Notes: generated by a model not told the origin, from the sequence alone. Counted from the stretch's first letter, positions 1-9,723 are shown. The stretch: DNA of 64,000 bases from Vescimonas coprocola (GCA_963660615.1 CAVKYE010000005.1:3349-67348), one strand, 5' to 3'. Translations and numbers: made by a program.

Positions 1-1
1 T

Positions 2-1903
2 TTGATTGGTGAGTTGTTTGAGAATTATATTAGTCAATTAGGGGAAGAATATGAGGTTTTTACTTCTAAGAAAATAAAGGATACTTCAATTGTTAAGAAT
101 GCTTCTGGTAGTGCGAATTTTTCTATTGGTAAGGATAATATTATGTCTTATGATTTTAAGATAGATGGTGTTGGTGATGATGAATTAATTGATTTATTGA
201 ATTCTTTAAGGACTCATAAGAAGTATTATAGGTTAAAGAATGGTAGTTTGCTTCATTTAAGTGAGAATGAGGATATTGAAAATATATCTAAACTAGCAAA
301 TGATATGGATTTGGCTGGTAGTGAACTTTTAGGGGGAGAGATTCCTAAGTATAAGGCTATATATTATGATAGTTTAAGAAGTGGTAGATATGGTAATATT
401 ATTAAGACTAATAATGCTTTTGATACGCTTGTAAAACGATTTAATTCTTATAAGGATATTGAAATTACTTTACCTGATAGTGAACTTTTAATATTGCGTG
501 ATTATCAAAAAACGGGTGTTAAATGGCTTTATAATATATATAAAAGTGGTTTTGGTGGTATTTTGGCTGATGAAATGGGACTTGGTAAGTCTATTCAGCT
601 TATTTATTTAATTAAGCTTATATTGAAAGATAAGCATGATGCTAAGATTTTAGTTGTGGCTCCTACTTCACTTGTGTATAATTGGAAGAAGGAGTTTGAT
701 AGGTTTGGTAGTGAAATAAATTATAAGGTTTTTGCAGAAAATAAGGAGCAAAGACTTAATAGTTTAAATTTGTCTTCTTCTGTAAATGTTTTTATTACTA
801 CTTATGGCCTTGTTAGGAATGATTGTGAGTTTTATAATAATATGTTCTTTGATTTGGTGGCTATTGATGAGGCTCAAAATATTAAGAATGCGAGTGCTCA
901 GATGTCGAAGATTATTAAGGGCTTAAAATCGGATGTGAAGATTGCTTTGACTGGTACGCCTCTTGAAAATTCGGTTATGGAGTTGTGGAGTATTTTTGAT
1001 TTTATTATGCCTGGTTATTTGGCTAATATGAAGAGGTTTAAATCTTTGTATAATGTTTCTGATATTGATGAGGATAGTATTAGAAAGTTTGATAATTTGA
1101 ATCTTCAAATTGGTTCGTTTATTTTAAGAAGAAAGAAGAAGGATGTTGTGAAGGAACTTCCTGATAAGATAGAAAATAATGTTTATGTTGAAATGGAAGA
1201 TAAACAGAAAAAATTGTATGTGGCGGAGGTTGAAAGGACGAAAAAGGAGATGGATAATCTTGTTTCGACTGAAGGTTTTACTAAGGCTAGGTTTAAGATT
1301 CTGCAGTTGATTACGCGTCTTCGTCAGATTTGCATTGATCCAAATATTGTTTTTGATAATTATAAGGGAAGGTCTAGTAAAATAGATGAGCTTGTTAAGA
1401 TTGCTAGACAGACTAAGGAAAATGGTGAAAAGATGCTTATTTTTACCACTTATAAAACTGCTTTGGATATTGCGATGAATGAGCTTAATAATGCGGGAAT
1501 TTCTTCTTATTATATTGATGGTTCTGTTCCTTCTAAAAAAAGAATGGAACTTGTGGAAAAGTTTAATAGTGATGATACTGATGCATTTTTAATTACTTTA
1601 AAAGCTGGTGGTACTGGTCTTAATTTGACTTCGGCTACTACGGTAATTCATTTGGATTTATGGTGGAATCCTCAGGTGGAAAATCAGGCTACTGATAGGG
1701 CACATCGAATTGGTCAAAAAAATACTGTTTCTGTTATTAGATTGATATCATCTGGAACTATTGAGGAGAGAATATTAAAGTTGCAAGAGAAAAAAAGGAA
1801 GCTTGCGGATGCTTTAATTGAAGGTGATATGAGGGATTCTAATCAATTTTCTACTTTGACTTCTGATGATATTAAAAATCTTTTGGCGATTGATAATGAA
1901 TAA
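2..1903 (+). CDS. SNF2 family helicase (RapA/HepA-like), 5' end outside window
   Basis: ORF open to the window edge. Motif I ADEMGLGKS, motif II AIDEAQNIKN, C-terminal helicase motifs LKAGGTGLNL and QATDRAHRIGQ. Confidence 0.85.
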   Translation: MIGELFENYISQLGEEYEVFTSKKIKDTSIVKNASGSANFSIGKDNIMSYDFKIDGVGDDELIDLLNSLRTHKKYYRLKNGSLLHLSENEDIENISKLANDMDLAGSELLGGEIPKYKAIYYDSLRSGRYGNIIKTNNAFDTLVKRFNSYKDIEITLPDSELLILRDYQKTGVKWLYNIYKSGFGGILADEMGLGKSIQLIYLIKLILKDKHDAKILVVAPTSLVYNWKKEFDRFGSEINYKVFAENKEQRLNSLNLSSSVNVFITTYGLVRNDCEFYNNMFFDLVAIDEAQNIKNASAQMSKIIKGLKSDVKIALTGTPLENSVMELWSIFDFIMPGYLANMKRFKSLYNVSDIDEDSIRKFDNLNLQIGSFILRRKKKDVVKELPDKIENNVYVEMEDKQKKLYVAEVERTKKEMDNLVSTEGFTKARFKILQLITRLRQICIDPNIVFDNYKGRSSKIDELVKIARQTKENGEKMLIFTTYKTALDIAMNELNNAGISSYYIDGSVPSKKRMELVEKFNSDDTDAFLITLKAGGTGLNLTSATTVIHLDLWWNPQVENQATDRAHRIGQKNTVSVIRLISSGTIEERILKLQEKKRKLADALIEGDMRDSNQFSTLTSDDIKNLLAIDNE

Positions 1904-1937
1904 TAGGTACTTTTTTGTGTAAATTAAGTAAAAGTGC

Positions 1938-1966
1938 TTGCAAAAAGGCATATTTATTGATAAAAT
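1938..1966 (+). promoter_or_regulatory. sigma-A type promoter for tRNA-His
   Basis: TTGCAA (1938-1943), 17-nt spacer, TAAAAT (1961-1966), about 18 nt upstream of the tRNA. Confidence 0.4.
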
Positions 1967-1983
1967 AGGTATGTCTTTTATTT

Positions 1984-2060
1984 GGCGGTATTGGTGAAGG
2001 GGTTAACACAGTGGATTGTGGTTCCACCATGCATCGGTTCGAATCCGATATACCGCCCCA
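1984..2060 (+). tRNA. tRNA-His (anticodon GTG) with encoded G-1 and CCA
   Basis: Hand-folded cloverleaf. 8-bp acceptor including G-1:C73, anticodon stem GTGGA/TCCAC with loop TTGTGGT, T arm ATCGG-TTCGAAT-CCGAT, 3' CCA. Confidence 0.9.
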
Positions 2061-2071
2061 GATGAAATTTT

Positions 2072-2106
2072 CGAGTTTGATTCTATAAGAATTGACTCGT
2101 TTTTTG
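2072..2106 (+). terminator. rho-independent terminator after tRNA-His
   Basis: CGAGT...ACTCG hairpin with inner ATTCT/AGAAT pairing, followed by a TTTTT run. Confidence 0.5.
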
Positions 2107-2204
2107 TTTTTTTGATTTTTCTTGTTTTTTATTCTACTTTGTTTGACTTGTTTATCTAGTAGTGATGAAATGGTAGTTTTTACGGAATTTGGAATATCTT
2201 TTGA

Positions 2205-2528
2205 TAGTAATATACACTACACCGTAACATCTAATTTTGGGTATCGTTCTAGTCCTTTGAATACAAAAAAAGAACTTCTACTGGTGAGTCTGTAATGCTT
2301 GAGCATGATATTGTCGGTATAAAATATAGAACAGTTTATTATCATATGTTATCTAATTTGGTAGTTGTAAATACTGGTGATAAAGTAAATGCAGGACAAA
2401 AAATAGGTATAGTTGGGATGACTGGTACACAAGTAACTGGTGTTCATCTCCATTTTGAAGTTAGAGTGTATAATGCAGAAACAAATAACTATGATTATGT
2501 TGACCCTAAATATATATTTGAAAAATAA
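2205..2528 (+). pseudogene. M23 (LytM-type) peptidase remnant
   Basis: Frame A reads ..SNFGYRSSPLNTKK then stops. Frame B (ORF 2295-2528) carries GQKIGIVGMTGTQVTGVHLHFEV. The HxxxD segment and whole N-terminus are missing, and the junction lies at an A7 run. Confidence 0.6.
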
Positions 2529-2616
2529 AATAATTACAATTTGTAAGACAATTGCCTTATACTATTTGCGTAACGAAAAAATAGTGCTATAATGTTTTTA
2601 GGAAGGATGATGTCTT

Positions 2617-3162
2617 GTGAATGAAATTGAAATGAAATTAAAAGTTGATGATTTAAATGCGATAAAAAAAGTATTAGAAAGTAAAGGATGTGTTTTGTCT
2701 GAGACTAAGCATCAAATAGATACAGTATTTTTAGAAAAGAACGCTCAGGATTTTAATATTAAAACAGGAATGATAGTTTTGAGAATTCGTACAATTGGAG
2801 ACAAAAACTTGATTACTCTTAAGCAAAGAAAAGAAAATATTATTGAATCAAAAGAGATTGAGTTCTTTATTAGTGATAGTGCAAAGTGTAAACAACTTTT
2901 TGAAACATTAGGATACAAAGAAATGGTAACTATCGATAAAAAAAGAACAACAACTAAATATAAAAACTTTAATATATGTTTGGACGAGGTTTTGAACCTT
3001 GGTAGCTTTGTAGAAATAGAAATTGTAACGGATGAGGAAAATAAATCAGACTATTATGAAAGTGAAATATTGAAAGTATGTAGTGATTTAGGAATAGATG
3101 TACAGAACAGAATAAACTCTCATTATGATACAATGTTGTATGAATTGAAAAATAATCATTGA
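2617..3162 (+). CDS. CYTH-domain protein (class IV adenylyl cyclase / triphosphatase family)
   Basis: N-terminal EIEMKLKV (ExExK CYTH signature), about 180 aa typical size. GTG start 10 nt after AGGAAGGA; ends in TGA. Confidence 0.7.
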   Translation: MNEIEMKLKVDDLNAIKKVLESKGCVLSETKHQIDTVFLEKNAQDFNIKTGMIVLRIRTIGDKNLITLKQRKENIIESKEIEFFISDSAKCKQLFETLGYKEMVTIDKKRTTTKYKNFNICLDEVLNLGSFVEIEIVTDEENKSDYYESEILKVCSDLGIDVQNRINSHYDTMLYELKNNH

Positions 3163-3189
3163 TTTATTATGGTTATTGTGGTAGTATAT

Positions 3190-3220
3190 AGAACAATAGT
3201 TAGTTTTACTATTGTTCTTT
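3190..3220 (+). terminator. rho-independent terminator
   Basis: Perfect 11-bp stem AGAACAATAGT / ACTATTGTTCT with a 7-nt loop, then TT. A second weaker hairpin follows. Confidence 0.55.
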
Positions 3221-3281
3221 GAAAAGAAACGCTTATTTTTGTTAAATGTGTTTCTTTTTTGCTATTTTTAGGGGGGATTTT

Positions 3282-4790
3282 ATGTCTGAAGGTAAAATTA
3301 TTACTTTGTCAGGGATGTCTGGTGTTGGGAAGTCATTTTTGATAAAGCAACTATTAGAAAGAACACCAAACTTTGAAAAGTTAAAAGCTGTAACTACACG
3401 TGAAAAACGAAAAAATGAAATTGATGGTGTTGATAAGTATTTTGTTTCACTTGAAGATTTTCAAAAAAGTTATGATAACGGAGAATTATGTGTTGTAAAT
3501 GAAGTGTTTGGCAATATGTATGGTTATTATAAAAAAGACTTTGAAAAAACAAAACAAGGAATTAATTTAATTACGGAATTATATTATTCAGAAATTCCTG
3601 AATTTAAACAAAATCATCCAAATACAATAAGCATTTATGTAGTTCCAAGTGATGTTGCAATTACAATTGATAACTTATCAGAAAGAGATACATCGGCTGA
3701 AGAGTTAGAAAAAAGATTGATGGATATTAATCGTGAACTTGATTTTTTTTCTCAATTGGATAAGGAATGTTTTGATTTTATTTTGGTTAATAATTATCGT
3801 GAGGATAGTATTGATTGCTTTAATAAATATTTATCATCACTTATAAACTTTGAATTGAATGAACATCCTGTATCAATACCGATTATTAATCATTTATCAA
3901 GTGATATAAAAAAGATTGTTGATGGTTATGCTTTGGATAAAAACAAAACAGTAGTTTATACATCTTTTGATGGAGACGATATGCATTATTTATCTGATAT
4001 TTGCAAAAATGTTATAGAGCAGGGAAAGATTCCATTAAATCCAGAGGCTGCATTAGGTTATTATGTTTCTACAACTGCACTTGGCGGCACAAAACAGGAA
4101 GTTATGAAAGATTGTTTGACGTTAGAAATGTTGGCAGATGAATTATATGTTTATAGAAATTATGACTATGATATTTCGGAAGGCATTATAGCAGAAATTA
4201 TATTGTGGAATTTAATGAAAAACAATGGATTATCATTTGTTGGCGATGTTAAAAATTTAAAAAACTATGATTTAAAAGGTATTGATGCAAATGGATTAGA
4301 AAAATGGATATCATTGCAAGATGCATTATTAAAAAAAGAATTAAGTTATAATTTGCTTGATGGATATATGAAATCAAAACATAAGTCAAATTATGTAATA
4401 GCAAATTTTAGAAACTTTAAACACATTGATTGGGCAAGGGCTTATAATTATAATAATGGGATTTGTCCTATAAGTCCACAAAATATTTTGCCATATACTT
4501 TATATAATGATGATAATATAGAGTATTTGAAAGCAAGATTAGAATTATTAAGAAGAACTGATGAGGCAACTTTGTTTATAGATAGATTTAATAAAGTGGA
4601 TGAACTTAATGGATTGGATGATTTTTCAAAGGCAGAGTTATATTATTTGAAAATGTATCTTCCTAATAAACCTTTTAAAATAATAGGTTGGGATGAAATT
4701 GGTGTTCCTAAATACGATAAAAATAAAAAATGGTCTTTAACAACGAAAGAAGATTTAGAAACAAGAAGGTTGATAAAGCGTAGAAATTAA
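3282..4790 (+). CDS. guanylate-kinase-like P-loop domain fused to two tandem nucleoside 2-deoxyribosyltransferase-like (DUF4406-like) domains
   Basis: GMSGVGKS P-loop and TTREKRKNEIDGVDKYF (GK signature). The C-terminal ~290 aa are an internal duplication (DGY...G-I-P-x-x-P motifs). The ATG at 3282 follows AGGGGGGA; the longer ORF from 3246 is rejected. Confidence 0.7.
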   Translation: MSEGKIITLSGMSGVGKSFLIKQLLERTPNFEKLKAVTTREKRKNEIDGVDKYFVSLEDFQKSYDNGELCVVNEVFGNMYGYYKKDFEKTKQGINLITELYYSEIPEFKQNHPNTISIYVVPSDVAITIDNLSERDTSAEELEKRLMDINRELDFFSQLDKECFDFILVNNYREDSIDCFNKYLSSLINFELNEHPVSIPIINHLSSDIKKIVDGYALDKNKTVVYTSFDGDDMHYLSDICKNVIEQGKIPLNPEAALGYYVSTTALGGTKQEVMKDCLTLEMLADELYVYRNYDYDISEGIIAEIILWNLMKNNGLSFVGDVKNLKNYDLKGIDANGLEKWISLQDALLKKELSYNLLDGYMKSKHKSNYVIANFRNFKHIDWARAYNYNNGICPISPQNILPYTLYNDDNIEYLKARLELLRRTDEATLFIDRFNKVDELNGLDDFSKAELYYLKMYLPNKPFKIIGWDEIGVPKYDKNKKWSLTTKEDLETRRLIKRRN

Positions 4791-4805
4791 GTTATAATTG
4801 ATGGG

Positions 4806-5585
4806 GTGATAAGATTGATTAGTACACAAGAACAACAAATTGGTGAAATTTTACAAGAATATCTACCAACTATTGAAATAGAAAATAGCATACTTAAAGG
4901 AAATCTTTTGGATGAACCAGTAAAAGAATTTATTGTTGGTAATCCCAATGCTTTTGTAATAGGTCTTATATCAGACCAATCAGTAAAAGCAGAAATTGCG
5001 TGGAGTTTACCATATAGATTATTAGAACGATTAAATACTTTTGATTTTGATTATATTATAAATGAACTTTCTGTTGATTACATAGAGAACGTGATAAAAG
5101 AAAAACCTGCTTTACATAGATATCCTCATAAGATGGCAATATACATATATGAAGCTATGAAAAAAATTATAGAGGAATATAGTGGGGATGCTTTAAATAT
5201 TTGGAATAACCAAAGTGCAGATGTAATCATTGATAGACTTGAAGAATTTAAAGGTATTAGTCATAAAAAGGCATCTTTGGGAACTTTATTATTGATAAGA
5301 GATTTAGGTATGGATATATCAAATAAATCTGCAATAGACATTGCGTATGATGTTCATATTAGAAGAATATTTTTAAGGTTAGGATTAGTTGATAAGGATA
5401 CTATGGAAAATGTTTTACTATCAGCAAGGCGTATTAATCCTGATTTTCCTGGGAACCTTACGACCTCTTTTTGGACTATTGGTAGGAAATATTGTTATGC
5501 AACTGACCCAAATTGTGAAGAATGTCCATTAAAAGAATGTTGTAAAGAACATAAATTAGTTTATAAAAAGAAGGTGGGAGTTTAA
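4806..5585 (+). CDS. HhH-GPD superfamily DNA glycosylase-like protein with EndoIII-type Fe-S cluster loop
   Basis: DVHIRRIFLRLGL (EndoIII-like catalytic Asp context), HhH-like FKGISHKKA, C-terminal C-X6-C-X2-C-X5-C (CYATDPNCEECPLKECC). Confidence 0.65.
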   Translation: MIRLISTQEQQIGEILQEYLPTIEIENSILKGNLLDEPVKEFIVGNPNAFVIGLISDQSVKAEIAWSLPYRLLERLNTFDFDYIINELSVDYIENVIKEKPALHRYPHKMAIYIYEAMKKIIEEYSGDALNIWNNQSADVIIDRLEEFKGISHKKASLGTLLLIRDLGMDISNKSAIDIAYDVHIRRIFLRLGLVDKDTMENVLLSARRINPDFPGNLTTSFWTIGRKYCYATDPNCEECPLKECCKEHKLVYKKKVGV

Positions 5586-6163
5586 TGAAATTTTATTTAG
5601 CATCAACGTCTCAAACAAGACGTGACATTTTAACAAAAGTTGGACTTAATTTTACTGCAATTGCCAGTAATGTTGAGGAAGTGACAAAGGCAGATACAAA
5701 CGAAGAATATTTAATTAACTTATCTAAATTGAAAACTGAAGCAGTGGCAAAAAATCTTTCAAGCGGAATTGTTGTGGGAGCAGATTCTATGATTTGCTTT
5801 AATGGAAAAAGGATTGGCAAACCTAAATCTAAAGATGAGGCAAAAAAGATATTAAGTGAATTATCTGGTAAAACAAATTATGCTTTAACTGGTGTAACGA
5901 TTATAGATTTAAACAAAAATAAAGAAGTTAGTTTCTGCGAAACAACGGAAGTATTATTTGATAATCTTACTGAAGAAGAAATTCAGTGGTATGTAAATCA
6001 TGAGGAACATATTTTAGATAGAGCTGGTTATTCTTTGGCTGGAAAAACTGCTATATTTATTCCACAAATAAAAGGCGATTATTATAATGTTTTGGGAATG
6101 CCTATTTGTAGACTTTATAAAGAAATCAATAAACTAGGATATAAAATATCTGATTTTGAATAG
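5585..6163 (+). CDS. maf: Maf-like nucleoside triphosphate pyrophosphatase
   Basis: MKFYLASTSQTRRDIL N-terminus and ~190 aa length typical of Maf/YhdE. Start overlaps the upstream stop (TAATG). Confidence 0.85.
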   Translation: MKFYLASTSQTRRDILTKVGLNFTAIASNVEEVTKADTNEEYLINLSKLKTEAVAKNLSSGIVVGADSMICFNGKRIGKPKSKDEAKKILSELSGKTNYALTGVTIIDLNKNKEVSFCETTEVLFDNLTEEEIQWYVNHEEHILDRAGYSLAGKTAIFIPQIKGDYYNVLGMPICRLYKEINKLGYKISDFE

Positions 6164-6263
6164 TTAAGTATCATTATTTTATGGTACTTTTTCTTTTATA
6201 AAATAACAAAAAAGTAAGAGGAAAAATTACGATACAAATATTCCTATTGATGTTAGCTTTTAA

Positions 6264-6304
6264 GTGATTTATCGAAAATATTACTTGTCTTTTTTTGATA
6301 AAAT
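6264..6304 (+). promoter_or_regulatory. copy of the shared upstream element (GTGATTTATCGAAAATATTACTTGTC + T7 + GATAAAAT)
   Basis: Near-identical to the elements at 49750, 51269, 52553 and 55262. Lies 30 nt upstream of the LamG gene. Confidence 0.45.
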
Positions 6305-6333
6305 GGGTTTATGATAAAGATGGGTGATAATTT

Positions 6334-7197
6334 ATGCATAGAAGAAAGACAAGAAGGCAAAGAAAAAAGCAGAGAAAAATAATAATTGTATCTTCATTTG
6401 TAATGTTGTTTGCATTAAGTATTGGTTATTCTGCGTTTCAAACAAATATAACCTTAAATGCCAAAGGAAATATAAAGAAATATAAAACAGCCAGCGAACT
6501 AGGATATGTTACAAATGGATTACAAGTAGCATATGACAGTATTGTGGGGTTTAGTGATGATAAAAAATATTGGATAGATATAAGTAATAATAATAGAAAT
6601 GGTAAACTTAAAAACTTTGATAATACAGATATATCAGATGGTTTAAAATTTGATGGTATAGATGATTATGTTTTAATGGATGAAATGAATTATGAAAATG
6701 TAACCATGCAAATAGTTTTAAAATATGATAAGTTTTCAGTAAATGGTTACACTTGTTCATTTAGCAATTTTGAAACTGGTGGATATGGTTTCTCTGTTGA
6801 TAATCAAAATATGCATAACAATTTTGATGTTTTCTTAAAGGATTATGGATATTTACCATCTTCTGAAACAGAAACAGTTTTTTTAGATGAAAATAATAAA
6901 AAAATGGATAATGTTTTAATAGATAAAAAATATTTTTTATCAGGCAGCTATGATAACAATACACTAGTGTTATATGAAAATGATCACAAATATTCAATCG
7001 ATAAAGTTGGAACAATTGGTTATACTCATGACAGCACACATGTTATTTTAGGCGGGAATCCAGCTGGTAGTACATTAACTGGTTCACTCATATTTAGTGG
7101 GAAAATATATTCAGTTAGAATGTATAACAGGGCATTAACCGATAATGAAGTTATTCAAAATTACAACATTGATAAGCAACGATTCAATATAGAATAA
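6334..7197 (+). CDS. membrane-anchored LamG / concanavalin-A-like lectin domain protein
   Basis: Basic N-terminus plus one hydrophobic helix. LKFDGIDDYV and GKIYSVRMYNRALTDNEVIQNY are typical LamG_3 motifs. Confidence 0.65.
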   Translation: MHRRKTRRQRKKQRKIIIVSSFVMLFALSIGYSAFQTNITLNAKGNIKKYKTASELGYVTNGLQVAYDSIVGFSDDKKYWIDISNNNRNGKLKNFDNTDISDGLKFDGIDDYVLMDEMNYENVTMQIVLKYDKFSVNGYTCSFSNFETGGYGFSVDNQNMHNNFDVFLKDYGYLPSSETETVFLDENNKKMDNVLIDKKYFLSGSYDNNTLVLYENDHKYSIDKVGTIGYTHDSTHVILGGNPAGSTLTGSLIFSGKIYSVRMYNRALTDNEVIQNYNIDKQRFNIE

Positions 7198-7794
7198 ATT
7201 TAATTAAAAATAGATAACCATTAATTTTAATTTTTTTATAGAATATAGTATATTTTTATTGATGATAGAAATCACTTTTGATAATGTAAGAGGTATAGAA
7301 TTTGAGTGTCATTAACTGTTAAAATATTTAATTATTCTGGTTTTACCAACAGTTCTATATTAAACAACAATATTAGAGAATAGAGTAATAAATGTTACAA
7401 TAAATTGGTCTGTTATGTATTAGATTTTATTGAATTTGGTATTAAATTAAAAGTTTAGAATGTTATTTGATATGGGTATAATAATCGAAGAATAATAAGA
7501 AAAAAAGAAGAAGGAATTGTTAAATTTATAATAATTATGATTGCTTAAAAGCCTGTTTTTGTACTAACAAATGTGTGTTTAGTATTAAAAACTGGCTTTT
7601 TTGATGGTAATGCTGTTATAACAAAAGTCTTACATTTTATGATATGTATGACATACAAATAGTGATAATTCCCCTTAAAATAAAAGAAAACTCGCCACTG
7701 GTGTGTTGTTGTCATACAGGTTTAACCTGCTTAAAATTTCCACAAGAAAGGAGTATGAAAAACTAATTTTTCTGTATATTGGTACTCTTAATAT

Positions 7795-8019
7795 ATGGGT
7801 ATCTTTTTTAACTATTTTATAAATATGGAGGTGATAATAATAACAAATAATAGTGATACGTTTGTAAAAATAAGACTTGAAAATTCAGTAAGTGATGCAC
7901 TTAAAAAGATAGTTTCTATTAAAGAAACGACTATGCAAAATTATGTATTAGAACTTATAAAAAAGGATATACTTGATAACTTAAGTCTTTTGGTAAAGGG
8001 AAATGTTAATGAAAGATGA
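7795..8019 (+). CDS. small ribbon-helix-helix (CopG-like) protein, start uncertain
   Basis: ..FVKIRLENSVSDALKKIVSIKETTMQNYVLELIKKD resembles an RHH fold. Overlaps the next gene; no clean RBS. Confidence 0.35.
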   Translation: MGIFFNYFINMEVIIITNNSDTFVKIRLENSVSDALKKIVSIKETTMQNYVLELIKKDILDNLSLLVKGNVNER

Positions 8020-8428
8020 TAGAATAACATTTCGATTAACAAAGGAACAAAAAGAGCGACTAGTTTATAATGCCAAAAAGGAAAATATGGGTATTAGTGA
8101 ATATATTATTTCGTGTATTAAAGATAGGAATGAGCTTAATGATTTAAACGATAGCGAGGGTCAGTTTTTGAGACTGTTTGATACTGCATATAATAAAAGT
8201 TCTAGTATTCAAAATAAAAAAACTATGGTCTTATTAAATAAGATTAATTTTAATGTTGAGGTTTTAATAAGGGTTATGAATACGTTTATGAAACAATTAA
8301 AGATACCACAAAATAAGGATGATGTTATTACAACTTTTATCGATTACCCTATTATTACAATATCTGAAGAGCAAGTATTAAAAGAACATAGAAATAAAAA
8401 AGGAACTGATAATAATAGCCACAGCTAA
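8003..8428 (+). CDS. MobC-like mobilisation/RHH protein
   Basis: DDRITFRLTKEQKERLVYNAKKENMGISEYIISCI matches the MobC relaxosome-accessory N-terminal pattern. No relaxase gene follows. Confidence 0.5.
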   Translation: MLMKDDRITFRLTKEQKERLVYNAKKENMGISEYIISCIKDRNELNDLNDSEGQFLRLFDTAYNKSSSIQNKKTMVLLNKINFNVEVLIRVMNTFMKQLKIPQNKDDVITTFIDYPIITISEEQVLKEHRNKKGTDNNSHS

Positions 8429-8730
8429 TATAATTGCGACAGTAGAATATGCGAAAGTAAATAACTTAAAAAAAGGATTATTAAAGTGGGAAAAATACGT
8501 TGCTGATATAAGTAAGTGTGATCCTACAAGTATTGATAATTATGATGTAATAAAAGATAATTATTATTATTCAAGTGATGATTTTATTATTGATGATGGC
8601 GAGAATTTACTTTGGAACAGTTGTGGAGATGTAAATGCAAAAGAAGATATTAAACAAATTGCATCTGTAAATAAATTAACAAAGTGTAGAGTCTTGAGTT
8701 AGTGCAAAAAATAGTGTATATTTATAATGG

Positions 8731-9207
8731 GTGATGAATATGGTGATAACTATTAAAGAGGAAGGCTCAAGATTTGGGGTACGTGTTGGAGCAATTATTT
8801 ATAACGAAGAAAAATCAAAAGTTCTTTTAGAGAATCAAGATAATGGAAGATATATGTTCCCTGGCGGTAGAATTGATGTTCATGAGGATAGTAATACTGC
8901 AATAGTTCGTGAGTTAAAAGAAGAATTAAATTTAGAGACAGAACCGAAGTTAAAGTATATAGTAGAAATGTTTTTAGATTCTTCAAAGACAAAATATCAT
9001 GAAATTGGTTTATATTATTTACTTACTATTTCTGAAGATAAAGTTGCAAATAATTTCCATTCTTTAGATGGTGATAGTATCTTTGAATGGGTTTTGATAT
9101 CAGAACTTAAGAATTATAATATTTTAGCAAAACCACTAAATGATAAGATTGTTTATAATCAAATTGTAGATGATAAGTTAGAACATTTAATTTATAGGGA
9201 ATATTAA
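8731..9207 (+). CDS. NUDIX hydrolase
   Basis: Canonical Nudix box GGRIDVHEDSNTAIVRELKEELNL. Confidence 0.8.
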   Translation: MMNMVITIKEEGSRFGVRVGAIIYNEEKSKVLLENQDNGRYMFPGGRIDVHEDSNTAIVRELKEELNLETEPKLKYIVEMFLDSSKTKYHEIGLYYLLTISEDKVANNFHSLDGDSIFEWVLISELKNYNILAKPLNDKIVYNQIVDDKLEHLIYREY

Positions 9208-9228
9208 TATGAAGGAGATGATTTGTTT

Positions 9229-9651
9229 ATGGATAATGGAAGAATGAATAAACAGGAATTGTTAAATTTAATTTCTAAGCTTGGAATTCAAAAAGAAGAA
9301 TTTTATGTGCTTTCTTCTGGGTCTTTGGTGTTAAGGGATATTATGTTAGATGCTGGTGATTTAGATATTGCGGTTACTAAAACAGGATTACAAAAGTTAA
9401 AGGAACAATATGATTTAGTACAAAAAGAAAATGGGTGGTATATGGTTTCTGATAATATTGAATGTGTTTGTAATGAGAATGATTTTTCTTCACTTAAGCC
9501 TGAGTTTGTTAATGGGTATTATGTTCAAAATATAAATGAATATTTGGATTATTTAGAGAGTAGTGGTAGGGAAAAGGATAAAAAAAGAATTCCTTTAGTT
9601 AAGAAATATATTGAAAAAAAGGATGCTTTATTAAATGGTGCTGATGAATAA
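9229..9651 (+). CDS. hypothetical protein, minimal nucleotidyltransferase-fold candidate
   Basis: SSGS...GDLDIAV resembles the G[SG]-Xn-DxD NTase motif. ATG lies 10 nt after GAAGGAGA. Confidence 0.45.
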   Translation: MDNGRMNKQELLNLISKLGIQKEEFYVLSSGSLVLRDIMLDAGDLDIAVTKTGLQKLKEQYDLVQKENGWYMVSDNIECVCNENDFSSLKPEFVNGYYVQNINEYLDYLESSGREKDKKRIPLVKKYIEKKDALLNGADE

Positions 9652-9723
9652 TATAATTAATCTAAATTTTGTAAAGTCAAAAATTGGCTTTCTTTTTTTA
9701 TGGGTATAATGATTTTTTGATAT

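Noticed and set aside
3246-3281. Upstream start for the guanylate-kinase-like fusion protein
   Set aside because: The extension MCFFFAIFRGDF has no RBS and overlaps the terminator hairpins. The ATG at 3282 follows a strong AGGGGGGA.
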